From contig MU053472.1 of assembly GCA_013239625.1 (NCBI GenBank), positions 1,116,001-1,180,000 of the forward strand: DNA of 64,000 bases, given 5' to 3'. The DNA comes from Lama guanicoe. Its lineage: Eukaryota. The translations under genes were made by a program, and so were the position numbers. This document shows positions 49,039-60,431 of the stretch, piece after piece; the first letter of the stretch is position 1; every line of letters starts with the position of its first letter. A model generated the notes under the pieces. That model did not search any database, was not told the origin of the DNA, and saw nothing but the letters and a program-made list of their open reading frames with translations.

Positions 49039-49605
49039 AAAAAAAAATGACACAAATGAACTTATTTACAAAACAGAAACAGACTCATAGAAAACAAACT
49101 TAGGGTTACCAGGAGGAAAGGGGTCAGGAAGGGATAAATTGGGAGTTCGAGATTTGCAGATACTAACTATATAAAATAAACAAACCACAAGTTTATAGCA
49201 CAGTGAACCATGTTCAAATTTTGTAGTAACCTATACTGAAAAAGAACATGAAAATGAATATACGAATGTATATGTATGACTGAAACTTTATGCTGTGCAC
49301 CAGAGATTGACACAACACTGTAAACTGAATACACTTCAATAAATAAATAACAAAAAAAGGCAAAAGGGGATGGGGGAGCGATAAATAGGGAATTTGGGAT
49401 TAGCAGATAAAAACTACTATATATAAAATAGATAAACAAAGTCCTACTGTATAGCATAGGGAACTATAGTCAACATCCTGTAATAAACCATGATGAGAAA
49501 GAATATGAAAAAGAATATGTTTATATATAATTGAATCACTTTGCTGTACATCAGAAACTAACACAACATTATAAGTCAACTATACAGCAATTAAAAAAAT
49601 AAAAG
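49039..49605 (+). mobile_element. Two consecutive L1 3'-end fragments
   Basis: aaatgacacaaatgaacttatttacaaaacagaaacagactca and ctactgtatagcatagggaactata..., each ending in an A-rich tail. Confidence 0.8.
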
Positions 49606-52479
49606 GAAAGTTCAGTCCAATGTTCTAATCCCAGCAAACAAGTCCTCCCTGTCTGGTACCAAATACGCCTCCAGTCTCATCTCCCAGCACTCCCCTTCTC
49701 ACCCCACCTCTATGCCTTTTCTCAGTCAGTTTCCTCTGCCTGGATTTCCCTTCCCTTTTTATGTTAACATCTACTTGTCTTCCAATACTTGGCTTGAGTC
49801 TCATCTCCTCCAGGAGGCTTTCCCCAACTCCCCGGCCACCAGCTGGGCCAGGTGCCACTCCTCTGGGCCCCTGTAATATCATGGGCATCTGCTACTGTTG
49901 CCCGTAACAGCTATTCTTACAGCTGAGGTTTAATGAGCACTTACTAAGTGCCTGGACCACTGCAAGGCCTTTCACTCAGCATCACCTACTTGAATCCTGA
50001 CCATGCCCCTCAGCCTTCCTCATCCCTCCCTAGGTCTTGGGAGATCAGGTGGAGCCTGGGCGTGCCAGGGCCCCTCCCTGGACTTAGCCCAGTGTCCCCT
50101 TCCACCCAATGCCACATCCACACCTGTGTAGGGTCAGGTTCAATCCAGTTAAAAGGACTTCCACTTAGAAGTCATGGTGACATGTGCTCATGCGTCCAGG
50201 CCCAGGGCCGGCCCTTCTCCGACTTTTGTCACTGAATTCTCACAGCAATCTATGAGGAAGATGGGGAAATAGTTTTCACTTTACACGTGAGGAAAAAACC
50301 AAGGCTCTGCTAACATCACAGAGCAGGTGGATGGAGCCAGAAGTGACCTAGGGTTATCTCATCTCAAAGCCCTGTAGCTTTCTGAGTGCCTCCTTCTGTT
50401 CCATGGTGTGAAAATCCCCAGAGGATGAGAGCTGTGATTCATTTCTGCATCCACAGCAGGTCATGGCCTCACCCAGGAACCATGAGGCCGGTTGTGAAAG
50501 TCTGGGCTGGGCAGGCTCTGGCTCAGTAACTGTTTATTGGCAAGAAGTCAGCAGGGCAGGGTTGTCATCCCCACTTTATAGATGAGGAAGTGGCAATCAG
50601 AGAGGAGTAGGAGAGTTGCCCAAGGTCGTCCCTCAGTCAGAAGAAGAGCAGGGACTTGAACACAGGACACTCAGAGACTTTGTGTGGTAAGAGGAAGGAG
50701 GCTGTGGTGAGGCTGGGACTGCTGGGCCTGGGCTGGCAGCTTTATGGGTCCTGTAAGTCATGGAGATGTGTCAGAGCCCATCCCTGATTTAATGACCCCT
50801 GCTGTAAAGAGGGTCTTGTCCCCTCCAGGGAAGTTGGACCCAGGGTGGCCTAGGCAGTGACAGGTGACACGTTTATAGCAAGCAGGAGAGACTGGGAAAT
50901 AAGGCTGGGTGACCTTGGTAACACAAAGTAATCTGCCTTTGTGTAACCTTGGAATCGGAGATGAAGGATGAAGCAGGAGCCACCCCTTGTTCTCCAACGT
51001 CACACATGTGCAGTTTTCCTGGTGCCCATGATTAAGATGCATCCTTGAGGAAGTGCCCATCCTTAACCTCCTCCCCTGCCCCATGCCTCAGAGGGGACAC
51101 TCCATGGGATATGGTTCTCCTCCCCCAGCTCACTGGCCCCAAAACATACTAGAGGGCACATTGACGGGAGAGGAGCAGGATTTCTGAGGAGGCAGCTTCC
51201 TCCTCCTCTTCTCTGGGAACCCAATGCCATAGACTTTGGAGTGAGTCAAAAGGTCACCAGTTAGTAGCCCCTTAGCCCACCAAAGGCTTCCAAGCCTCTC
51301 TCCTGCCTGTCAGGAGGCTGGCCTGGGGTTACAGGGACCCCTGAAATCAACTTCATTCCCAGGAATAGGCTTCCTCCCAGCCCCAGCCCCAAGTCCTAAA
51401 AGATATTTCTACAGTCTTGTGAACGCAAACCCACTCCCCAGAAAAAGCTCCGGGATGTGGAATCCCTTCCCTGACTGTCCTAGTGCCAGGCTGATGATTA
51501 AATTCTAAGACAGTGCAGACAATAGGGCCCTAAGCCTGATGTGGATCCCTGCTCCCTTCTCTGTAGGATCAAAGCTACTCCTTGAGGCCGTGTGATCCTG
51601 GGCCAGAAGGTGGGGGGAGACAGCCAGGACTCTAACCAAGGAGGAAGCCCCTTTGCCTGAATAGTTCTTGGGGAGGCAATTCTTCTTCAGCAGTCCCTTA
51701 CCTAGGTTCAAAGGCACGTTGGGGCTGAGAGATTGGCAGCGGATGGGGAAGCCACAGGACCAAAAAGCCCTGGCTTCCTGTTGACGGAGGGGGCCCAAGA
51801 TCACTGCCTGGTCCCTGTCCCTCTTCCCCACCCAAGTCTGAGTGAGCGTCCCAAACTCCCACGCAGCCCCACTCCATGTGGGACGCACTGTGCCTACAGC
51901 GGTGAAGGAGTCTAGAGGCACTGCGGGGGTGGGGGTGGGGATGCACATCCAGGAGCGGGACCACCCCTCCTGAGACATGGAGAAGCTTCCTCTCTGTGGG
52001 GGCTCCCAGCCCTATTTCACCAAACGCCAAGACCTCCTTCAAGGAAAGTTTCCTTTCCCTGGACTCTGAAGATTCTGACAGATGAGAAAATCAGGAGGCT
52101 ACTCGGATCCCAGTCTTTTCCCATCTCATCTCAGGAATCTGGAGGTCCTCAACAGGACCAGCCCCTTCCCTCTTGACCGCATTCGTTTCTCTCTCTCACT
52201 GAGCCCCTTTGCAATCAGTTTCTCAGTTCTGCCCCCTCGGCCTCCCCAGCGCTGGCCATCACATACACACTCACAGGAATTTAGTGGCGTCCTCACTCTG
52301 TGTTGGAAGAAGTCTTTGCGATGCTTAGAAATTAAGTTTGGAGCAGCCTGGGAGGGAACAGAAAAAGAGATGAGAACCAGAGAATCAGCGATCACTGCCG
52401 GAGAGAGAGAGAAACCAGCCTCTTTCTAAGGCAGACCTCCAAAGCTGTCTCCACTCCCCCAGCCCCTAACCCCAACGGG

Positions 52480-53430
52480 CTGCTCCCGAGGCGAGAAGTC
52501 TGCGCGGGGGTCCACGCCAAAACGATTGAAAGCAGGAATCCGGGGCACCCACTCTTGTGTGGATCAAGTACCTTGCGAGTCACTGCTCTGTCCCCAAATT
52601 AGAAACCAGGTGTGGGATGGGGGAGGTGCGAGGAAGGAGGAGAGGGGAGGAGGCAAGAGGTGAGAAGGGGAGGCCCCGCCAGGGGGAGGAGCCGCTACCG
52701 GTGTCCTGCTGCCGAGGCTCCCGCCCGTCGCGGCTCCGCTATAAAACCCCGGCCGGCATGACCGCGGCACCCCCGGCGGCCTCCTCGGTGCGCGACCCCC
52801 GGCTCCGCGGCGTCTCCGCTCCTGCGCAGGATGCGGCTGCTGCTGGCGCTCCTGGCCCTCGCCGCCGCCCGGCCCTGGGCCCGCGCAGGTGAAGGCGGGC
52901 TTCGGCCCCGGGACCCCTCTGAGGCCCCTCGGTGGCCCCTCGGCGCCCCCGCCCCGTGCCGTCCGCCGAGGCTGCGCCCCGCAGGCGATCCGGACGGCGC
53001 GGGCGGCCGGGAGGGGCGGGCGCGGAGCAGCGAGCGCTCGCGTGTGCGCGGCTGCAGCGCGCAGAGCCCGGCGGAGTGCGGGTCCCTGGCGAGGATGCTT
53101 CTCTGAGCCGCCTCCACGCACCCCTCCGTTTCTCACCCTTTTTGGAGTGTCGCGCCCTTTCTGGTGCTCCTCGGTCTGTCGCGGGTCGCTGTCCATCTTA
53201 CGGGGCTCAGTGCTGGGTGACTGCCCCCGGCCCAGAGCAAGGACAACAAATTGGGCGCGGTGGGGCCCTAGCATCCCCGCTTCCCCTGGCATCCCTGCTT
53301 CCCGCCCTGGGTTCCTTTCTCCCCGGAGGCTGCCAGAGCCCTTCACCTCCGGAGACACCGCACTGCGTTGGGAGCCTGGCGGGGGGCCTCTGGAGACCCG
53401 TGGTCCCGGCCCAGCCAGTCTTTCCGGCCA
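52480..53430 (+). promoter_or_regulatory. CA4 CpG-island promoter with TATA box (TATAAAA 52740-52746) and GC boxes
   Basis: Very high CpG density, CCCCGCC/CCGCCC elements upstream of TATAAAA. Confidence 0.85.
52831..52888 (+). CDS. CA4: CA4 exon 1 (signal peptide)
   Basis: ATG ~90 nt after the TATA box, CAG|GTGAAG donor. Confidence 0.95.
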
Positions 53431-56400
53431 GGGTGATTTTTGTTTAAAGATTAATGATGAGGCCGAGCTCTTAATTATTCGCCTAGATGGGAGGTGGCAG
53501 GAGAGGGGTGTTAATATTTGATAAGGAGCTAAAGGCGCCTCTGGAGTCTGCACACAGGGACCTGATCCGACACCTTCTAGGACCCCACAGGGAACCATCG
53601 CCTTCGAAGGAGGCCCCTACCTGCCAGTCCCCAGCTCAGCTACCCCTTGGATGGTGCTTGGGGGCCACCTGGCCAAACCTCCTGTCTAAACCTAGCAGTT
53701 CCTCCCTTGGAGTCAAGGCGTTAAGGGTGAGGGTGCAGAGAAGGAGGGAGTTGTGAGCCGCTTTGCAGGAGGGACTTGACTGGCCCCTTGTGAGGTCTGA
53801 GGGGGCATCTTGCAAAAACTCCTAGCCTCTTCCTAGGAGAGGAAGAAGGAGAAAACGCAGGATGTAAACATTTTATTTGTAGGGTTGGAGGTTTGAAACC
53901 TACTTAAGCAGCTGGGCTGACAGAAAGAGAAAAGGCTTTGTAATTAATTTGGCTGCTTTGTAGCTGTGTTGGCTTGGGTAAGCCAATCTCGGTTTCATCA
54001 CTTACAAAACAGAAAGTAATTCTAACTTCAGGTGTCCTTCTAAGAATTCAGATAAGACAGTGGATGTAAGTGCTTGGTGTGGTATATGTGCGGCATGTTG
54101 CACGGCTATGACAGCTGTACCACTGGCATCAGCCCAGCCAGCCAGGAATCTGTCTCAGCCGCCCCCTGAGGCTTCCTGCCTGGGAGCTGCCCAAAGTCCT
54201 GCCTTCCTCCCCTCATTTCCTCCCCTAGGGAAACTGAGGCTGGAGAGTGACCAGGCTGCACCTTGAAGTCCCCAGAGCATCCCCAGGGAGAGGAGGAGGG
54301 GAGAAGGTTGGAGGCTCCTTCAGAGTCCCAGACCTGGCCAGGAGCTGCTGAGACTTTGCCCAGGGCATATTTGGGTTTCGCTGAGCTGGTTTCCAAGATT
54401 CCTCCCTTCCCCTGGAGTGGAGGGTGGGGTGAGCAAGGTCCACAGAGGGAATTTCTTCAGGCATCTCTAAAGAAGGGGGCTAGGGTGATGGGCAAGTCAA
54501 GGGTGGGGGACCACGGCCAGGTGATTGGCAATGGTTGCTATTTCTCTCATGCCATCCCTGATCAGGGCAGACAGACGAGGTAAAACTCAGAGCTTGGAGC
54601 CAAGACCTACGGGTAGCTCCTCTCCCTCCCAGTTCCTCTTGGAAATGACTCAGGACAGCTGGCTGGTAATTATCTGCAAGGGTTGCCTTCTCATGAACTG
54701 GTACAGGAACCCGAGCCCTGCCACCTCTTGCCTAAATATCAGCCCTTACCTTCAGCCTTTGGACATAGACCCAGTTCCTTGCCTTGATCTCATCAACATC
54801 ATGTTTTCCTGGCTTCTGTTTCCTGAAGAGTGTAGTTACAAGAGCAATCAACCAAGCAGATAGAAAGTCTCTGTGATTAAGACAGTGGAGCAGAGGTCAC
54901 TATTACAAACCTAGGAGCCAAAGTCAGAGGCAGGGAAGAGCCAGTTCCTAGGAAAACCTCAACCTGGACCAGATGGGCTCCTGGGAGGCTGAGGGGGTTC
55001 CACCCGTCCCAGCTGGCTCCTGAGGATTCTGGCTCAAACAAGGCTTCGGCTAGAATGGCTTCCCTTGGACCTCAGTCCAGAGGAGGAGCCAGCTCAACCT
55101 CAGAGGCCCCTTCTGCCTGCAGGACCTCTGAGAGGTGAAGACACAGGAGCCTTTCACAGATGCAAATGACCTCCTATCCTGTGCCTCCTCCACCGTGGCC
55201 CTGGGAGTTCGGTGACAGCTCCTTCTGCCTAATGCAGAATGTGGGCTCAGAAAAGTTAATGAACTCTCCTGCATGGGTTAAGTAAGAGTCTGAGCCAGGA
55301 CTGGAGGCCCAGTGAGCGGGCTCCAGTGTCAGAGCTCTGCTCACGTGCAGAGGGGGGCTGATGCCCTTTGCGGAGTCGACCTTCATAGGGCTTCCCCAGA
55401 AGCAGCAAATCCCAGGGGCAGCAGAGCCCTGTCCCCAGGCAGGGGATGGACTGGTGTGGGGCAGGGACCAAACATCTCTGAAAGAGACCGGTGCTGGCTA
55501 GTAGTCTTTGATACAGAGTCTTTGATCCAGAGCTGGGAAACTCCAAACCCAAGGTGACTCTGAGGGGTTCAGACCCAGACCATAGGGGTGGCCCGTTTCC
55601 TGTAGGTGCTCACCCTCCCTCCGGGCCTTCCTCCCACCCCCTCCCCACCCATCCCCATTGCAGGGACCCCAGAGGAGGTGGGGTTGGGTGGGGATGGATG
55701 TGCTCAGAGGCTAGATGAGGCTGAGCTGGAAGCCGTGCTTTTCTTAGCAATTTCCTCATCCCTGAGTTCTTTCCAGCTCACTTCGTTTGTCTTCTCTCTG
55801 CAACCCCCCACCCCGACTTTGGCCATCTGCGCCCTGACAGGAGGTTGGAAGGATGGAGGGAGGGAGGGAGGGGGAGAGGGACGCAAGGGGAAGGGAAGGA
55901 TTTGTCAGGGATTTGACTAAATTCCAGGCTGCCTGGAACAGTCTCTACCATCTCTCATTTACTCCTCACCACAGTCCTATGTGGTGGGTGGTACTAGTTC
56001 TGCTTTACAGATGGCAAAACTGAGGCCCAGAGAGATTAAGTGACTTGCCTCTAAATGCACAGCTCCCAAGTGGCCCAGCTAGAATTCCGGCTCAGATCAA
56101 ACATTTTGTCCACCCTGCTGGCACAGTCTTCTTTTAAATCAATAGACTAATTTTAGAGCAGTTTCAGGTTTACTGAAAACTCGAGCAGAAAGCCCAGAGG
56201 AGAGGGTTCCCTAGTGCACAGTCTGCCCTGCTATTAACATTTCGCATTAGTGCGGTCTGTCCGTGGTGCAGCCTTTTATCAGAGATGCTGGTTCTGCTGT
56301 CCTTAGGCAGAGCGGAGATTAGAGCCCTGAGTCTGTCTGGCCCCCAACACCAGGACTTCGAGGTGGGGCTGGGGGAAGGCCTGCTGCCTTCCTCCCTGCA

Positions 56401-57070
56401 GGACTGTGAAAGTTTAGCCAAGAATGGGTTTTAGTAACGTAAGAGGGTGTGTTCCAGGGAGGGGTTGGCTGAACCTCCCCCATCATCCCATCAACTCTGG
56501 GAAGGCAGCCAGGCTGAACATGGCTGTACTGTCCTAGGAGGGGAGCCTGGGGGCCCTGATCCCTCTCCTATCCCTCTCTGACCACAGCCTCCCTTCCAGG
56601 TTTGAGGTGGGGGATGCAAGGAGGGAGGGGGGCTGATGAGCAGCAGATGGAGAGTGTCCAGGGTAGCCCCTGGGTAGAGCTGACCGGCCTTGGAGGGCCC
56701 CTCAAGGGCTGCTGGCTGCTTTGGCCACGTGTGTATGAGGACCATGCCCTGGGCAAGAGGACCAGTAGGTCAGCTGTGGGTCAAGGACACCTGAGGCCAG
56801 GCTACTTTGACCACCTCCTTCTCCATCCCTCCATTTTCCTCTTAAGCCTCCTTACCCTGGGATCTCTGTCTCTGACCCCCAGGAACGCTCCACCCCATCC
56901 CAAGGTGCACTGCGATGTTTCCAGCCTCTGTCACACTGGATACCCGCCCCCCCCACACACACAGTTGCTTGTGTGCACACAGTTCACCCGCACTCTTAGA
57001 GACGTGTGTGTACCCAGAAACACTGACACACAAATGCACAGGCCTCATGCGCTTTCTCTCTCTGCTCCAG

Positions 57071-57124
57071 AATCACACTGGTGCTACCAGAATCAAGTCA
57101 AGCCTTCCAACTGCACCTGCCTGG
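57071..57124 (+). CDS. CA4: CA4 exon 2 (SHWCYQNQVKPSNCTCL)
   Basis: ctccag acceptor, GTAAGT donor. Confidence 0.95.
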
Positions 57125-57453
57125 GTAAGTACAGCCAGTCCTGGGGACAGGTCCTTCTGTGCGGCAGGGCCCGTCCAGGTTGAAATGGAGACCCACAAGG
57201 GTGGGAAGGAGGAGGGGTGCTGTGGCCCCGAGTCAGATATCATCTCCTCACACACACGTGCACGCACACATACTCACCCACTCCTGATGCTCATGGAACA
57301 GGGAACATGGAGTGACTGTGAGTCTTTACTGGTACCTCCTGTCATCATCTCTGTCATCACAAGGGCTGTAAAATAAATCAGCAGCAGCAGCAGCAAAGGG
57401 AGAAATGCATTTTGCTCTCTCTCATAATGAAATCAAGAGTTGGTCCTATTCCA

Positions 57454-57454
<1 letters not shown>

Positions 57455-57487
<33 letters not shown>
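57455..57487. repeat. (AC)16 microsatellite in CA4 intron 2
   Basis: Perfect dinucleotide run. Confidence 0.95.
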
Positions 57488-57488
<1 letters not shown>

Positions 57489-57916
57489 CCAGGCTCGGGG
57501 CAGGACTGTCGGGGAACAGGTTGTGAGCTCTGGGATGGGCGACCACCTCAGATGCTCGGCTGTGAAAGAACTCTGGTGACAGCCTTTTAAAGGACCTCAG
57601 GATGGGACACTAAGAATTATCTGAGGGCTAGGAGGCAGGGAATCATTCCCTGGGGAGCCTGGCTCCCTGCACCCCAGGGACCTCCAACACCAGGTGGATG
57701 GGGCCTGGGAGTGAGGGTGGAGGGGTGGGTAGGTGAAGGAGAGCATGTGTGTCTGAAGAGGAAGGCCCAGGGAGGGTGAGGGCAGAGTTCTGCACGGGCA
57801 TCCCGCAGCCCAGCCTGCCAGCTTTCCGAAGACGGCCTGATCTGAGTGGGGCAGAGAACGCCACGCCCTACTGCCAGGAGCCCCTGACTCCCAGCGCCCA
57901 CTCCCTCCCTGCTCAG

Positions 57917-58072
57917 GGCCAGACCTGTGGGGCGATAGCTGTCAGATGGACCACCAGTCCCCTATCAACATCGCCACTGCCAAGACGGAGGTGGACCTAA
58001 ACCTGAGGCCCTTCTCCTTCTCTGGCTATGACAAGAAGCAAAAGTGGACTGTCCAAAACAATGGGCACACAG
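57917..58072 (+). CDS. CA4: CA4 exon 3 ([18 protein letters not shown]...VQNNGHT)
   Basis: ctcag acceptor, GTAGGT donor. Confidence 0.96.
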
Positions 58073-58791
58073 GTAGGTCTCACGTGGGTGGGATGGAGAC
58101 CCCAGGTGGCAGGGGTACCTGGTCCTGGGACCCCGGAGTTTCTGGAGGACTGGAGGGTTGGGTTCCTCCTGGGAAGATGTACTGGCCCTGGTCCACCTTT
58201 GCCAAGGAGAGGCTGAAAAGCCTTGAGGGGAGGGGAGGAGGAAGCAGGCTGTCACAGTATTTTCAGTCTTGAATCAGACCAGTCTGGGGATGGGGGAGGG
58301 GACATGTTGGAGGAAGAAGGAACAACATGTGCAAAGACGGGGAGGCATGAAACAGCTTAGGGTGTTCAGAGGGCTGCACGTGGCCCCGTGGGCATAGAGG
58401 ACAGAGCAAAGCCAGAAGGGCCCGGAGCCAGCCCAGGTCAGGTGAGCTGGGCTCGTGGCAGTCCGCCCAGGGCTGAGGAGTTTGGACATGGCCCTGAGAT
58501 CACTGGGGCACCATCTATGTACGGAGAGGGTGGGAGCAGGGGCGGGGCCAGGATGCACTGCACATTTGGGCAGTGGGGGTGTGTAGAGGAAGAGGCAGGC
58601 GGGGAGACCAGAGAGGAGGTCAAGGGGCGGTCCCGGGCTGTCCCACTCAGTCTGTTGCTCTAGGCCCAGGCCAGTAGCCCATGATATGTGGGACAGGGGA
58701 GAGGAGGTTCTGCCTGGGTGGAACTGGGATGAGGAGGCTGGGAGAGGCTAGGAGAGGCGGTGCAAGGACTGCCCCCTCCTGTGCCCTCCAG

Positions 58792-58937
58792 TGATGGTGT
58801 TGCTGGGGGACGAGGCCACAATTGCTGAAGGAGGACTGGCCGCCCGGTACCGGGCGAAGCAGCTGCACCTGCACTGGTCCGAGGTGCTGGACTGGGGCTC
58901 AGAGCACAGCTTGGATGGGGATCGGTTTGCCATGGAG
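58792..58937 (+). CDS. CA4: CA4 exon 4 (MVLLGDEA...QLHLHW...[14 protein letters not shown])
   Basis: ctccag acceptor, GTGAG donor, two Zn-binding His. Confidence 0.97.
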
Positions 58938-59045
58938 GTGAGGGACCTCTTCCCAGGTCCGTGCCTTGGCTGAGCTCTGGGTATGCCTGCCTTGGGTGAG
59001 AAGGGTGGTCCAGCACCCTCACAGGTTCTCCCCCGACCCCAACAG

Positions 59046-59141
59046 ATGCACATAGTGCATGAGAAGGAGACGGGGACATCAAGGAATGCAAAAGCCCAGG
59101 ACTCCAAAGATGAGATTGCAGTGCTGGCCTTCATGGTGGAG
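59046..59141 (+). CDS. CA4: CA4 exon 5 (MHIVHEKE...IAVLAFMVE)
   Basis: aacag acceptor, GTGAG donor, third Zn-binding His. Confidence 0.97.
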
Positions 59142-59403
59142 GTGAGCCACCATCTCCCAGGGCCCAAGGGGCTGCTTCTCAGAATCCAGAGACCTGGGGT
59201 CTCAGGAAGGCAGAAGGGCGCTGGGGAGGCCCCACCTTGCCCTCTGTTTCTGTGGCTTGTACACTCCCAGGCAGGGTGCCCAGAGTCTCTCAGGGGCTCA
59301 GTCCCAGAAGCTGCCCGCCTGCCCCAACCCAGACCAGAATGAACTGGTGGTCACCACCGGCTGCCCACAAGCCTCTCTTAAGCCCCCTTCCCTCCCTTTC
59401 CAG

Positions 59404-59467
59404 GCTGGAGCCAGGAATGAGAACTTCCAACCCCTGGTGGATGTGCTGTCCAACATCTCCAGACCCA
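59404..59467 (+). CDS. CA4: CA4 exon 6 (AGARNENFQPLVDVLSNISRP)
   Basis: ttccag acceptor, GTGAGT donor. Confidence 0.95.
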
Positions 59468-59605
59468 GTGAGTCAGGATGGTGAGGCGGGGGAGGCAGGG
59501 GTCGAGGCGAGGGGAGGAGACTTCTTTCAACAAAGGACAGTCCGGATGGTGCGGTGGCTTGGACTCTGAGAGTGAGGTGTGAGGGAGTAACTGCTGTCCC
59601 CCCAG

Positions 59606-59772
59606 ATACCAACACCACGATGAGAAACAGCATCAGCCTCCTAGAGCTGCTCCCCAAACAGGAGAAACTGAGGCGGTACTTCCGCTACCTGGGCTCGCTC
59701 ACCACGCCCGGCTGTGACGAGACGGTGGTCTGGACGGTGTTCCAGGAGCCCATCCAGCTCGACAAGGACCAG
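59606..59772 (+). CDS. CA4: CA4 exon 7 (TNTTMRNS...[22 protein letters not shown]...DQ)
   Basis: ccccag acceptor, GTACAG donor. Confidence 0.97.
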
Positions 59773-60143
59773 GTACAGAGGTCCAGGCAGGGGTTGCAGC
59801 CTCCCACTGCCTGGCTTCCCAGAAACGATCCCTTGCGGGTGGGCCCGGCAATCCAAGGCCAGACAAGCACGGAAGGTGAGGCTAATGCAGACTCAAGTCT
59901 GAGAACCACTGTTCTCTGGTGATAGTGATGATGGTGATAGTAATGGTAGACCCTCAAAACCGTGAGGTTTGAGTCCACTTGGCTGAGGGAAGCTAACGGG
60001 AGCTAAGCCCACACTGAAGCACTTTGCATCCCGTATCCTTTTCCTCTGCACAAAAACCCCAGGGGGCTCAGAGAGGCAAAGTGACTGGCCTGACGTCACA
60101 CAGCAGGGAGTGCATCTCCACTTGAGCCCTGTGCCTTCCACAG

Positions 60144-60332
60144 ATCCTTGCATTCTCCAACAACCTGTACTATGACGACAATCAGAAAATGACCGACAAC
60201 ATCAGGCCCCTGCAGCCCCGGGGGCAGCGCGTGGTTTACCGGTCCCAGGCCCCCGGGCGGCTGCTGCCCTGGTCGCTGCCCGCCCTGCTGGCCCCCACGC
60301 TCACCTGCCTGACGGCGGGCTTCCTCCGATGA
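60144..60332 (+). CDS. CA4: CA4 exon 8 ([10 protein letters not shown]...DNIRPLQP...LTAGFLR*)
   Basis: cacag acceptor, TGA at 60330-60332. Confidence 0.96.
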   Translation: MLAFSNNLYYDDNQKMTDNIRPLQPRGQRVVYRSQAPGRLLPWSLPALLAPTLTCLTAGFLR

Positions 60333-60425
60333 TGGCTCACTTCTGGACACTTGACCTCTGGTCTCGGCCCTTAAGTGAGCTTTGGCTTGTGTTCCTCAGG
60401 CTTCCCAGGTTGGACTTGGATGGTG

Positions 60426-60431
60426 ATTAAA
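60426..60431 (+). terminator. CA4 polyadenylation signal ATTAAA
   Basis: Common variant hexamer ~95 nt after the stop codon. Confidence 0.65.

Larger units (their letters stand above)
52831..60332 (+). other. CA4: CA4 (carbonic anhydrase IV, GPI-anchored), complete gene, 8 coding exons, 309 aa
   Basis: Join of 930 nt. Signal peptide MRLLLALLALAAARPWARA, QSPINI, NNGHT (His64), QLHLHW and EMHIVH zinc ligands, [18 protein letters not shown], hydrophobic C-terminal GPI signal. Confidence 0.98.

Noticed and set aside
52564..53598. 344-aa - strand ORF and other long ORFs over the CA4 promoter
   Set aside because: Low-complexity Arg/Gly/Pro/Ala translations expected from a stop-poor CpG island, with no recognisable domain
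57950..57963. CA4 HQSP instead of the usual RQSP
   Set aside because: This position is not invariant among CA IV orthologues as I recall them, and the catalytic residues are intact
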